Shown here: positions 51,596 through 64,000 of the stretch, one piece after another
How positions within the stretch are numbered: position 1 is the stretch's first letter
Layout: the number at the start of each line of letters is the position of its first letter
From: Basidiobolus meristosporus CBS 931.73
Taxonomy: Eukaryota > Fungi > Basidiobolomycota
Direction: 5' to 3'
Length of the DNA: 64,000 bases
Assembly (NCBI GenBank): GCA_002104905.1
Contig: MCFE01000196.1
Location: 62,001-126,000, forward strand
Program-made: the position numbers and the translations under genes
The notes under the pieces: generated by a model
Database searches by the model: none
Told to the model about the DNA's origin: nothing
Seen by the model: only the letters and a program-made list of their open reading frames with translations

Positions 51596-52140
51596 TTCAA
51601 TACATTAGGGTACAATCGGACCAGAATTGGAAGTAAATTAAAGTGGACGTGTACCAACAACAAATCGGACATGCGGGATGATTATTGAGTGCATGCCCAG
51701 TCAGGAAGGGGAATTCTGGGCCTCGTTGAGCATCCGAGCAGATATATCAGCAGTAACAGGGTTGAACAATCAAATTCAGCTTGCATATTGCCACCATCAA
51801 TCACATTCTGCATAGCCACCAGCATATCCATCAGCATCGCCCATCAATCACATTCTGCATATCCACCAGCATATCCACCAGCACCGCCCATCAATCTTAT
51901 TTTGCATAGCCACCATCAATCCTGTTTAGGGCATCTTGTGTGAACCACGGATTTTATTAGATCCTTCTAAGCATGGTAGATAGGAAAGAAGTCGCAAATT
52001 TACAGATCAATGGTGGCGGTGTCATGTTGTGAACAGGAGAGAGAGGCAAGGAGGATTAGAGACTAGGGAATAGGGAATAAATAGTCGGCCACTTCAGTCA
52101 ACATTGAATTTGACGACCACTGAGGTTTGAGGCTAGGGAA

Positions 52141-52217
52141 GGTGGTGTGGGTGTGGGTGTGGGTGTGGGTACGGGAGCGGAAGTGAGTGTGAGTGTGAGT
52201 GTGGGCGTGGGCGTGGC
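52141..52217. repeat. (GTGTGG/GTGTGA)n microsatellite just 3' of the GID4 stop
   Basis: Directly visible hexamer repeats. Confidence 0.85.
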
Positions 52218-52219
52218 GG

Positions 52220-53489
52220 TCAGGCAAATGTGTAGCTGCTGAAAGTGACGCCACAGCCATCGAGCTTCGGCTTGAGGATCAGGCGCTGGTAGGGTGTGGA
52301 GCTAGGGTCGAAATAGAACCCTGATGCAGATTGGGTGGAGGTTAGGGGGATGCGGGTGGAACAAGACCAAATGGATAGCTACCAACCCTCGATCAGTCCA
52401 TCGGACCTACGTAGACACACGTAGTAGAACCCAGCAATTGTTAGCCCACTGTCCTGCGCGGAAACATTCACGAAAAACCTCTCTGCATGATAGATGGTTG
52501 AGTCAGCTCTGTCACGAATCAGCGCGGCGCCCGGTCACAAACCTTTCCACCTCATGAAGACGTATTTGCGGTGGATCTCCGCCAACGAATTCACCGAGTT
52601 CGCTCCAAGAGTGATGCTACAACCATGTGACTAGAAGCACTTCGTTACCAACACAAATCTGGCCACTTACTCCGTAGAATCGATCCCTTTGAAGGCTTTG
52701 AACATCCGCCAATGCTGCAGATCGATGTCTCGATTAGCCTGCCACTTGTCGGTCCACAGGTTGTGATTAGTGAAGTCGACGATCTGGTGTGCGTGGGATT
52801 AGTGACTAGAGCAAGATGCGACGCGGGTCTCAGCGAAACATACCTCGCCATCCCAGTAGGTGAGGACAGTTGCGGTGGTTGCCGGTACATTCAGAGCTTC
52901 CATCAACCCCACGATGGTGCCGTTCTTGTGGTTCACTGCGTTGATGGTCTAGGCCAAAATGAGAATCAGGTTCAGCAAAGAATATCCGCCTACGTACCAC
53001 TTTCACCTCCCACTCCTCTCTGCCTGAGCTCTGTGTACGGTGGTTGATCAGATTCTGGGTGCCAAGGAACACTCTACCCGGTCGGAGGTAGCTGTTCTCC
53101 TGGAGAGTCAACTCCACCAAAGGCTTGCCAAGCGCATATGCCTGGAACGGAGATAGCTTTGTCTGGCGGGCTGAACGTAGGTATTCGGCCAGGTTGGATA
53201 TCCGGATGGTAGGCTCGTCGCTGTCCTCTAAACAGGAGTCGTCGGACATCTCCTCCAACTCGATTCTCAACTCGTCTTCTAGCTCGCTCTCTTCGTCAGA
53301 TTGCTCAACAAGCTCAACTAAATCAGTCTCCATGTTGTCTTCATTCTCTTCTTCTTCCTCTTCCTCTTCGTCGTCTTCGTTATCGTCAGAGATATCCTCT
53401 GCAAGATAATATCTCCCCAAAGCAAGGGGCGGGAAAGACGGCGTACGGTGCAGATCAGAGCCTTCGGCACCCAAATGATCAGAGGGCAT
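52220..53489 (-). CDS. GID4: GID4/VID24-family subunit of the GID ubiquitin ligase, with an acidic N-terminal extension
   Basis: SYLRPGRVFLGTQ...EWEVKV|TI...GLMEALNVP...TYWDGE|IIDF...KWQANRDIDLQHW...YVFMR|...GLTIAGFYYVCL...IEG|FYFDP...YQRL; canonical introns. Confidence 0.85.
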
Positions 53490-54180
53490 ATGTGTAGATA
53501 GTTTTGGATAAGGATGTTGTTTGTCTGTTAGGACGAAGTAGAGAGATTAGCCAGTGTTCCCTTGGAGTAGAAAATCCATCACTTACTTTGGAGGGAACTT
53601 CACTGAAATACAAGGATGAAGAAAAAGGTGGAGTATTTTTAGCTATATACACACTCACTGCAATATTTAACCTACCTAAGAAGCTGTGGAGGAATTAACA
53701 ATACAACCAAAGGGAAAGTGGGATAGGGACATCAAATAGGATACGCTCGGAATAGTACTAATTGGCTTTCCTATAATCATGCAATTTCACAAACTCCAGC
53801 TATTTCACCAACCGCGGTGGCTGATTGACCAGAAATTACATTGATTGAAAGAAGGCCGATTTTATTGTTGCATCTAGTGACTCAAGGCCAGGGTTAGGCA
53901 ATAAGTGGTTTATCGTCCTGCTTGTTGGTCTCCTTTTGGCGGGTGTACAACGCAAATGACTTCTACACCATCTACTGCAACCTCAATCAACACTCAAACC
54001 ACTCTGAAGTAACACCATGATCTCTGGTCTCCTTTTATTGGCCACAAAATAAGCGAGGTCTGTTCCAGGAATAGAATATCCGGGAATCTCTGGTGAGCGA
54101 ATCCCATTGGCATACGAACCGGTATGTAGGAACGCTCCATTTACCAAAAACACCACTAGTCTCTACCTCGTCAATACGAA

Positions 54181-54691
54181 ATGAAAAAGTACTCCAACGC
54201 TGATCCACGCCGTCCCGAGGCTGTTGTGCCTTTTGTGCAGCCCAAAGTAGATGAAGAGGCCGAGAGAGATGCTTACGGACTTATCGCCACCGTGTTTGGT
54301 AAAGAATTCGATTCGTGTTGCTCCGGAGGTAGATCTCGTCACTAATCGTAGCCTTCTATCTTCTCTCCAAACCTAGCCACCATGGGGATCATGTTCAAGG
54401 TACTTCCAATTTACTTCGATTGACATCACATCGTGACGGACCCTCAAGTATATCTTGTCTTTCTAGCATCACTGGGGTTCTTGGTGGGGCCTGATATTCT
54501 CGATTATCAGCTGGGTTAACGAGAAGCAAACCACCAAAGCATTTAGACAAACGTACACCAGTATGTTGTAAGTAAATTCTTGCTAGACCTGAACCCCCCC
54601 CCTCTACGCGAGTACTGACCGGTGTTCCTATAGATTCTCGGTTCTCGGCTTGGTGATCAACTACATGCAAACCTTCTACTTGCGCCGATAG
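54181..54691 (+). CDS. WDR83OS: PAT complex subunit Asterix (WDR83OS homolog), 4 exons
   Basis: Spliced product MKKYSNADPRRPEAVVPF...YGLIATVFATMGIMFKHHWGSWWGLIFSIISWVN...SMLFSVLGLVINYMQTFYLRR matches the Asterix pattern DPRRP...G-M-K--W--W...S--N...SY-Q. Confidence 0.85.
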
Positions 54692-55049
54692 GCTCGCCTC
54701 GCGAGAAACTCCATTTTGATCCAATGTATCTTGGTTCATCAGTCGACTGCACGATTGATGTATTGCTTAATAAATAACCTTGGCATATTGCCTCACTGAC
54801 TTGGATATACGCTTGATATATGAAGATGCCGTAGTCAATGCGAGGCACTCAGATGATTATGCATCGACGCTTTCGGTATCAGATGATTCATACATTTGTT
54901 GTTCCTACTCTATACCATGTATCCAATGAATCGACGGGCCCCAAGGTTGGTAACTTTATTCCCAGAAACAGTAGACATTGTATAATTAGCTCCTCAACAC
55001 TTACCTCCCGTATAAATAGCCCAACGGCGACCACCGTATCCTCAAAGCA

Positions 55050-55537
55050 ATGGCGTTCTATATCAAAACCTTCTGTCTGGCTCTACTAGCGAGCTGCGTC
55101 TCCTCAGGTTGGACTTGTCAAACAGGAAGTGCACATCCACTTTACTAACCGTCTGCCTCGTAGATATGATTTACTTCGTAACCCCGACTGGAAACTCGAC
55201 CTTAACCCCAGGCCAGATGCTGAGCATCAACGTTGTTGTACGTCGGTTGGACCTGGCACTGATTAATGAGCTAACATTGGACCTCATCGACTCCAGCGAC
55301 AACAACGTTGTGTGGAGACACTATGTTCCCAGCACGAACTGGAACCCTGCCACTGGTGCCACTGGCGAATGGAAAGACAGCTGGGCGTGGACGATCCCGA
55401 CGGATTTCAAACGTGGTGACTACCATCTGCGGGCTTACTCGGACGCTAAATACAACAGCATGGGCGAGACTGGCAGCATTCTACGGGAAGCTACTGCCCA
55501 TTTCAAAGTTGCTAACTATACGGAGATGCTGTTCTAA
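55050..55537 (+). CDS. Small secreted protein (signal peptide plus beta-sandwich-like domain), 2 exons
   Basis: MAFYIKTFCLALLASCVSS followed by a GT...AG intron, then MIYFVTPTGNSTLTPGQ...WAWTIPTDFKRGDYHLR. Confidence 0.75.
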
Positions 55538-55800
55538 CCACCGTCGCCGTCACCATCACCATCACCACCCCACCAGTACTACCACCATATAATTCAATAA
55601 ACAAGCCAACTATATATGCTTATATTGCTGATAATGGCAACTGAGTATGCTTTTATTGTTGATAATGATTGGGACGAATGTGTGGGCGGTTGAGTGAGCG
55701 AACAAAGGAGTTACGTCAAACAAGTTCTGTGGATTTATTCAAGATCGAAGGATAGCGTGAACTAACGGAGCAGAGTACTGTAGTGGCATCAAACCGACAC

Positions 55801-56242
55801 TCACGCCTTCGCCTCCTCCTCTTTCTCGACAATATTGAGACGTATAACCTTATTATCCGCAACATTGTCGCCGGAAGATTTGGTGGATTGCGCGTGCTGC
55901 TCTCTCAAACGTTGACGTCTGGCCTCGGCGACGATGACCTTGGCCCTGGCAATCTAGCAATCAAAGGAAACATTAGGACCCGGGCTTTTAGTGGCGAAAC
56001 TACTGCGCTGTCACGTAGGGGGGGGAAGGGTACCTCTTTGGTGTGATGAAGGCATTCAAGATAATCCTCTTGCTGCAGAATGCACTCTTCGGGCTTGTCG
56101 GACATGACATAACATTTGGAAAACTCTTGCCACAGATTGAAGCATCTGTTGCGACCTGCACGCAAAAGACGATGAGTTCAGCAGGGCCAAGACAACAGAC
56201 ATTCATATGCTTACCGCCGTTGAAACCGAAACCTGAGGCCAT
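55801..56242 (-). CDS. NDUFS5: NADH:ubiquinone oxidoreductase subunit NDUFS5 (twin Cx9C), 3 exons
   Basis: MASGFGFNGG|RNRCFNLWQEFSKCY...CILQQEDYLECLHHTKE|IARAKVI matches the fungal NDUFS5 pattern. Confidence 0.9.
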
Positions 56243-56673
56243 GTTCAATAAACTAAGCAAAAAGAGAAGGGTTTAACGAAAAGGAACCGCTTCGGAAATA
56301 TACAGTACACTACCCACTTCGACTGAAAACTGGGGCAAACTAGTCTAGCGAGAGTTTGAGTATCAAACGGAAAAGTCTCGCCAATTTGGGTAGTAAAACG
56401 AGCTACCCCACCAACCCAACATTTCCTAGATTTGGGCCCCCACTTGATTTCGTATGCCCTCCTTTCCGAGGAATCTTGTCTAAGTCGTGGTTAAGTCGGC
56501 CGGTAAACGACAAAAAAAACGGGGATTTTTTCTGCTAGTCGGTGGGCAGCAGTAGTAGGGTTGGTGATTAAAAAAATCCACCCATCCATCCAAAGCCTCC
56601 TTCCCCTCCAACATACATCTGGCAGTGTGAGCAAGGTAAGCATCTATTTCGGCCCAACCCCTCATCCATCAGA

Positions 56674-57072
56674 ATGGTCTCCTCCGTCAACAAGATCACA
56701 ATCGTCAAGAAGCGCACCAAGCACTTCAAGCGCCATCAGTCCGACCGCTACAAGACCGTCAAGGAGTCATGGAGAAAGCCCAAGGGTATCGATAACCGCG
56801 TTCGTCGCAGATTCAAGGGCCAGATCCCCATGCCCAAGATCGGCTACGGCTCCAACCAGAAAACCCGCCACCTGATGCCCAACGGCTTCAAGAAGTTCGT
56901 CGTCGCTAGCCCCAGGGAGCTCGAGGTGTTGCTGATGCAGAACCGCACCTACGCCGCTGAAATCGCCCACAACGTCTCCTCCAAAAACCGCATCGCCATC
57001 GTGGAGCGTGCACAGCAGTTGAATGTGAAGGTCACCAACGCCAACGCTCGTCTTCGCACCCAGGAGAATTAG
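56674..57072 (+). CDS. RPL32: 60S ribosomal protein L32 (eL32)
   Basis: [15 protein letters not shown]...[18 protein letters not shown]; a probable 5'-UTR intron (GTAAGC ~56636 ... CAG) lies just before the ATG. Confidence 0.98.
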   Translation: MVSSVNKITIVKKRTKHFKRHQSDRYKTVKESWRKPKGIDNRVRRRFKGQIPMPKIGYGSNQKTRHLMPNGFKKFVVASPRELEVLLMQNRTYAAEIAHNVSSKNRIAIVERAQQLNVKVTNANARLRTQEN

Positions 57073-57308
57073 AGTATCCGACTTGTATCAATTCTGACCT
57101 ATGTTCATTTCTAAATAAATCCCCGTTAATCATCAAGTGTGTCCCCGTGTTTCGATACATCGCGCAACACAGCCATTCAATTCCTTGATTGCGTCAATTC
57201 CCTGACGTAAGCCATGAGATCTATAGAATACGTCTACTGACCAGTCTTGTGGCCATTTCCCCTAATAAGCTTATACCCACCGCACTCCAGGAATATCAGT
57301 CAGTGAAT

Positions 57309-58932
<1,624 letters not shown>

Positions 58933-59282
58933 TTTCAAGAATACCTTCCGCCATTCATATACTTAATATTATCTACGCTCTGACTTGGTTAGGTAGTAAT
59001 CATTTGGTCATGTAAAAACTGTAGTCATCAATAAAAACACTAAGAGTATTCATCATTGTGCCCTATTGACATTTTATGATCATTGTATCCGGTAACAGTA
59101 CCAGTTATTACTAATGACAAACCCCGACGCCTCACAACACATGATCCATAAATATAGAAATCGGTAAAATAGATTGTTTGTTTTTAAAATATTACATATT
59201 TATTAATTCACCACGATGAAGTAATCTAGAAATACTTAAAGTATTACCTAACATGCATTTCTACAAACTAAATGTGAGGAAT

Positions 59283-60680
59283 TTATTTGTGCTCAACGGA
59301 GACAACCTTGCCAAGCATGACAGCGGTGTTACCATCGAGGAAAGCGATACGGGAGAGACCCTCGCAGTTCTTGAAGCTATCGACGATAAGGGGTTGGATA
59401 GGTTCGAAGACAACCTCAGCAGCCTCGGAGGCCTTGAGGGAGTGAGGAGACTCGAGCTTCTTACGGCCGGTTTCCTTACCGATCTTCCACTTGAGCTCGG
59501 TGATCTTACAGGCGGCACGACCGCAACGGACGAAACCGATGGGGGAGTATCCGGGCTTGACCTCTCCTGGGATATCGAGGGTTTGGATTTGAGCAGTGAA
59601 GTTCTTGACGGGGCGGAGGGTGTTGTCAGTCTTGTAGACCATGACATCACCAGCACGGGGCATGTTACCCTTGTCAAGACCCTTGATGTTCATACCAACG
59701 TTGTCACCAGTTTGAGCGAACTCAACACGCTTGTGGTGCATTTCGACGGTGAAGACCTTACCGGTACAGGGGTTACCAGCGGTGTGGGTGGGAAGGAAGA
59801 CAACTTCGGTGTTGGGGGTGACGGTACCTTGCTCGACACGTCCGGCAACGACATCTCCGACACCCTTGATCTTGTAGATACCGGAAACGGGGAGACGCAT
59901 GGGGGCATCAGCGTTACGGGAAGGAAGGACGACCATGTCGTTCAAGGCAGTGAGGAGAGTCTCGACGTGGATCTTGTCACCGTTTTGGTTGACAACATCT
60001 TGACCCTTCCACCAGGCCATCTTCTCGGACTTCTTCAACAAGTTGTCACCTTGCCATCCGGAGATGGGGAGGATGGGAACGGATTGTTCGACGAACTCCT
60101 TCTTCCATCCAACCTTGATAAGCATGTTGCGCATTTCATCGCGAATTTCGTTGTAACGGTCTTCCTTGTAACCAGCGGTATCGGAATCCATCTTGTTAAC
60201 ACCAATGATGAGTTGCTTGACACCGAGAAGGTTGAGGAGACGAGCGTGCTGGCGGGTTTGGCCTTGGATATCTCCAGCCTTGTGGTCACCCTTTTGGATG
60301 GCGGTGGTGAAGTTACCATCGGCGGGAACCATGAGAAGGGCAACATCAGCTTGAGCGGCACCGGAAATCATGTTCTTGATGAAATCTCTGTGTCCGGGGG
60401 CATCAATGATGGTGTAATGCCACTTCTCGGTGAAGAACTCCTTGGTGGTGCAGGAGATGGTGACACCACGTTCACGTTCATCCTTTTGACGATCCATATA
60501 GAAAGCAAAAGCGAAGGAAGATTTACCGAGACGCTCGGCTTCTTGCTTCAACTTCTCCATTTCACGCTCGGGGATACCGCCGAGTTCGAAGAGAAGACGA
60601 CCAGTGGTGGTAGACTTACCGGAATCGACGTGACCGCAGATAACGATGGAAAGATGGTTCTTGTTGTCGGTAGCAGACAT
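59283..60680 (-). CDS. EFL: Elongation factor-like GTPase (EFL, EF-1alpha-like), intronless, 465 aa
   Basis: HLSIVICGHVDSGKSTTTGRLLFELGGI, SSFAFAFYMDRQK, ADGNFTTAIQKGDHKAGDIQGQTRQHARLLNLLG and IAFLDGNTAVMLGKV are EFL signatures rather than canonical EF-1alpha. Confidence 0.95.
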   Translation of the reverse strand: MSATDNKNHLSIVICGHVDSGKSTTTGRLLFELGGIPEREMEKLKQEAERLGKSSFAFAFYMDRQKDERERGVTISCTTKEFFTEKWHYTIIDAPGHRDFIKNMISGAAQADVALLMVPADGNFTTAIQKGDHKAGDIQGQTRQHARLLNLLGVKQLIIGVNKMDSDTAGYKEDRYNEIRDEMRNMLIKVGWKKEFVEQSVPILPISGWQGDNLLKKSEKMAWWKGQDVVNQNGDKIHVETLLTALNDMVVLPSRNADAPMRLPVSGIYKIKGVGDVVAGRVEQGTVTPNTEVVFLPTHTAGNPCTGKVFTVEMHHKRVEFAQTGDNVGMNIKGLDKGNMPRAGDVMVYKTDNTLRPVKNFTAQIQTLDIPGEVKPGYSPIGFVRCGRAACKITELKWKIGKETGRKKLESPHSLKASEAAEVVFEPIQPLIVDSFKNCEGLSRIAFLDGNTAVMLGKVVSVEHK

Positions 60681-61540
60681 ATTGATGGTTACTTGGATAG
60701 ATTAGCTGTCAAGTTGACGAGGAGGAAATGGAACGTACCACATCTCTTTTAAATGACAGCCAAACGAGCGGTGAAAATTTTTTTTTCATGCTGGGGCTTA
60801 TGTAGGTCCCCTGATTATTGAGAATTCCAGAAGTTCATCAATCCCATCAAAAACATGGATATTTTCTCACCACTTTCTCGGGGTTTAATTGGCGAGATCT
60901 CTATGATTGATAGGTCGACGTTGGAGCGCAGCACAAATCATTCGAGAAAGATCCCGAAAGGTCTACTTTTCGATTTATTTTCCATCAATGAGGCTGAGAA
61001 AAGAGTTAGGTTAGCCGCTTTTGAACCAATCAGCCGAGTCCCCAGAAAAAACTTGATCGAAAATCTACTATCAGATAAGCAGCCTACTGATTGGGCAAAT
61101 ACAGGATTCTCGAATCAGATGACGCGGATGATTGGTTGGATGGTTTGGCAAATAGTAGTCTCATATTATGTATTATGTGTCACTCTGGTGGGACATCAGA
61201 TCGCTATAAAGGCTGGGAATTGGGTTCGGATCAGGCATGGAGTTCAGCTCAGGAGAAGCAGGGTTAGGGTTGCGACCAATTCTAAGTAATACGCAATTTT
61301 ATTCTATCGAGTGGTAGAGACGGCTTATATTACAAGGGTTGCGCGCGTAATCACCAGTTACGGTGGGAAATGTTAACTTAAGCTAGAGTACATCGAATTA
61401 ATTGGTCGCTTAGATATGTGGAGGGTGGGGTGTGCGGTGTATAGAGTAAGGTGGCAAAGTGGGTGAAAGGCCAGGCCAGGTCAGTTCAGGGAACATGGGC
61501 AGGCTCTATGGTCTGCAAATCCCGTTCTTTGGATTTGTCT

Positions 61541-62407
61541 CTATTCGTCTACGATGGGAAGTCCCAGGATGATTCCATCATTGGGGTTGGTAGACGGCGG
61601 TCCGGACAATTTTTCTAGATAAGCAGATGCGCGCGGGGCGGGGTGAGCCTCCTCAATGGTTAAATTGGTGTCGTGCAAGAGCGGCCTTGCCATATTTGAT
61701 TGTTTGCTCGGAGTACCCACGCAGGGCAGGGTTGCGTACTTGGGGTGACTGTTTCGATACATCTTCGAGTCACGCACCATCACCTCAAGCATGGTCATGG
61801 TGAAATCCACAGGGCCCGTCTTGTAGCCATGATGCAGCATGCAGCTTCGTGTCTCAAATTGGTTTCGAATCTGGCTCAGCACCACTCGCTGAGTAGGGCC
61901 CTCCGGGTAAGTCAGCGTTGCATACCGAAGCAAAAACTGAAGGCAGTACCGGTCGTTCCACCGGAGTCTGGTCGCTATGTTTCTGCAGAGCTGGATGACC
62001 ATGAACGGCTCCCAGGCGCTGGTAAAGTGCTGGATGAAGCCTGCCGTGTTGGATGAGCTCTCGCCAACCACCAGAGTGGCCACCAAATCTACCACCAAAG
62101 GCATCCGCCAATCATGGCTCAGCTCTGAGACCAGCGACACGAATTTGGGATGGCCAACCCCCCAATGGTAGAACAGCTTAATTAAAAGCTCTGCTGATTT
62201 CTGAACGCTCCACTCTTGAACTATCCATCTAATGGCCCGTGTGATGGCGCCGGAGTTGCTATCCTCGAACTCCACAATGAACTTGCGAAGATAGAACACC
62301 ACGCAGTCAATGTTGGCTTCATTGCGAATCCATATCTCAAACTGGGTCCCGTATTGCTGATCCATAGCTGTGTTTGTAGTTATATGGTTAGAGGAGGCTG
62401 CAGGCAC
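61541..62407 (-). CDS. Hypothetical alpha-helical protein with periodic tryptophans
   Basis: 288-aa ORF with amphipathic helical composition; an upstream exon is possible. Confidence 0.7.
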   Translation of the reverse strand: MPAASSNHITTNTAMDQQYGTQFEIWIRNEANIDCVVFYLRKFIVEFEDSNSGAITRAIRWIVQEWSVQKSAELLIKLFYHWGVGHPKFVSLVSELSHDWRMPLVVDLVATLVVGESSSNTAGFIQHFTSAWEPFMVIQLCRNIATRLRWNDRYCLQFLLRYATLTYPEGPTQRVVLSQIRNQFETRSCMLHHGYKTGPVDFTMTMLEVMVRDSKMYRNSHPKYATLPCVGTPSKQSNMARPLLHDTNLTIEEAHPAPRASAYLEKLSGPPSTNPNDGIILGLPIVDE

Positions 62408-63551
62408 CCGTAGGCTCAGTTGGAAAGCTTACCACGAATAGTTTCACCAACATCAATGTCCAGCACTTGCATGTCTGTTAACAATGTGAGCCAAATGTAT
62501 ACGCGGTGCTCTTGGGGGTCTGTTCATACGTACCATCAGAGCTTAAAGAAAGTTTAGGCGCAGGGAGGGAATGCTTAAACATTTTCGGAAGTGCGTTGCG
62601 AGATAACGTAGAGAGGCAAGGTGGAGAAGATGTGTCTACTGTGTTCGTTAAAGCGAACTGACCAGACCAAGGCAGAGAAAGAGAAAATTTCGGGAATTGA
62701 GCTGGACCGACAAATGGTCGGGTGAGGAGGAATGGTAACGTTTATAGTATCTCAGATGCTGGGCTTCTAGCCGATCCGCACCCTACACCCTATACTGTGC
62801 ACACTGCACCCTTATTTTCATTTGGATTAGCCCGTCTACAATGGATGCCGATTTGAAAACTCTTCAACACGGATCCAGGGTGTCCCCTCGATGTTGTGAG
62901 CATTCTAACTCCGAAACCGGAAGATGTCCAGGAAATAAGATTACCGATTGGGATGAGTTCCGCACAATTCTCAGCAATAAGCCGTCTAGGTAGAATGCAT
63001 GCGTCAGAAACCTTATCGGCATGGGTGGTGATTTTCCGTTACAAACGATGCGTTCCTCGAGGCATGCAAGTGTGTTTCTAGGCAGCGGATCTTAAATCAA
63101 TGGACATCCAATTGTCCCTACATTTCCAGCCAATCCTCTGACGCTGTGGGCCCATATTCCCTCCATGTTGCTTGGCCTTGTTTATGAGTCCGGTGTAGCC
63201 CCGGGACTAGTAGCTGTCGCATGTAACATACCGCCACTGATAATTAGCCGCCAGCTCTCACCCTCATTCTCACCCTCACCTCATCCTCACACACCACAAA
63301 ATATCCGAATGCGCAAAGCTACCGCGCTGTTGGCTCATCCCAGTGACACCGACACCAGGTGTTTTGTCGCTGGCGTTTGCCTGATCGGTATTTTTACGAC
63401 ATCGCACCACGTGACTGCGGGTGGCAGCAAGATATCGACATTTGTAGTGGTAGGCTTGTGCTTTCCGTAATAAGCCACACTGAAACCCGAATGTCTAAGG
63501 TGGTGACAAACAATCTTTAATGGCTTTACAATGTACATAGGGGTTCTAATA

Positions 63552-64000
63552 TCATTCGGATCCCACTCCACCGGCTTTTAAGCCCAGTGTTAAAATGGCA
63601 AAGATTCCTTCGCCAAGAACAAACCCGGACGCCACCACAATCGAGAGTACCTGGATCAACCGAGGCGAGGTGCTCCAGTGACTCACCAGCTCAGTCACCA
63701 GTGCGCCCATGACCCTTGGTAGAGTGTAGTTGGGCGGGTTGTATATTCCGATGGCAAATGCAATACCTGAGGGTAAATAGCGCAGGAGCCGGGACCGCGG
63801 GTACCTAGCCTCCAGTATGGGCGGGATCGAAAAAACCACTCCGAAGAAGACGGCAAACAGGGAGGACATTGGGGGGAAGTGGATGCCCGTTGACAAGCCG
63901 AGACATGTCCAGCCACACCATGGCGGTTGGTGCTTGGAAGATTGGGCCAGGGATGGTATAAACACTGGTGTATAATTGGTAGGCACAAACCGCAACGAAC
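63552..64000 (-). CDS. C-terminal part of an OPT-family (YSL-like) oligopeptide transporter, cut by the window end
   Basis: YLPSGIAFAIGIYNPPNYTLPRVMGAL...IVVASGFVLGEGIFAIL is the conserved OPT C-terminus. Confidence 0.85.
   Translation of the reverse strand, partial: SLRFVPTNYTPVFIPSLAQSSKHQPPWCGWTCLGLSTGIHFPPMSSLFAVFFGVVFSIPPILEARYPRSRLLRYLPSGIAFAIGIYNPPNYTLPRVMGALVTELVSHWSTSPRLIQVLSIVVASGFVLGEGIFAILTLGLKAGGVGSE

Noticed and set aside
51068-51688. 206-aa plus-strand ORF (also 53125-53409, 56767-56970, 58704-58938 and 61700-62056)
   Set aside because: Antisense shadows of better-supported genes; low-complexity or featureless translations.
53700-54170. Possible structured ncRNA between GID4 and Asterix (repeated GGTCTCCTTT)
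   Set aside because: No tRNA, snRNA or snoRNA box pattern could be supported; more simply a divergent promoter region.
59253-60752. 499-aa ORF antisense to EFL
   Set aside because: Exact codon-register mirror of a highly biased gene; such open antisense frames are common for EF-1alpha/HSP70-type genes, and the product has no recognisable features.
62760-63550. Possible extra gene between the Trp-periodic protein and OPT
   Set aside because: Only short ORFs with no consistent spliced frame or recognisable motif.

Overview
Fungal genomic DNA in two sharply separated compartments. It is probably an early-diverging, EFL-bearing lineage: introns are short GT-AG type and the conserved proteins look fungal. 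(1) Bases 1 to ~43,600 are a nested, almost CpG-free transposon graveyard. It holds one young Ty1/Copia element (2384-7068, ~99% identical LTRs, TSD GTAAC), an older Copia family C (full copy 33828-38365 with TSD GAGAC, plus remnants and about ten related LTR copies), and several Ty3/Gypsy families (A, B, E, solo-LTR family F). It also holds a CACTA-like transposase fragment, two unclassified repeat families, and a Copia-type LTR element (32588-40430) whose interior is not Copia sequence. (2) From ~43,680 to the end, CpG is at normal frequency and genes are dense: a DUF1963/YwqG-like gene, a PH-like/coiled-coil protein, GID4/VID24, Asterix/WDR83OS, a small secreted protein, NDUFS5, RPL32, RPT6, EFL, a Trp-periodic helical protein and the 3' end of an OPT transporter. 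The strongest leads are the abrupt C-to-T mutation boundary and the non-autonomous Copia-like element carrying unknown cargo. Next come a freshly inserted but already inactivated Copia, 4-bp RYRY target duplications, and the intron-containing DUF1963 gene. Alignments and counts were done by eye; family letters are my own labels.
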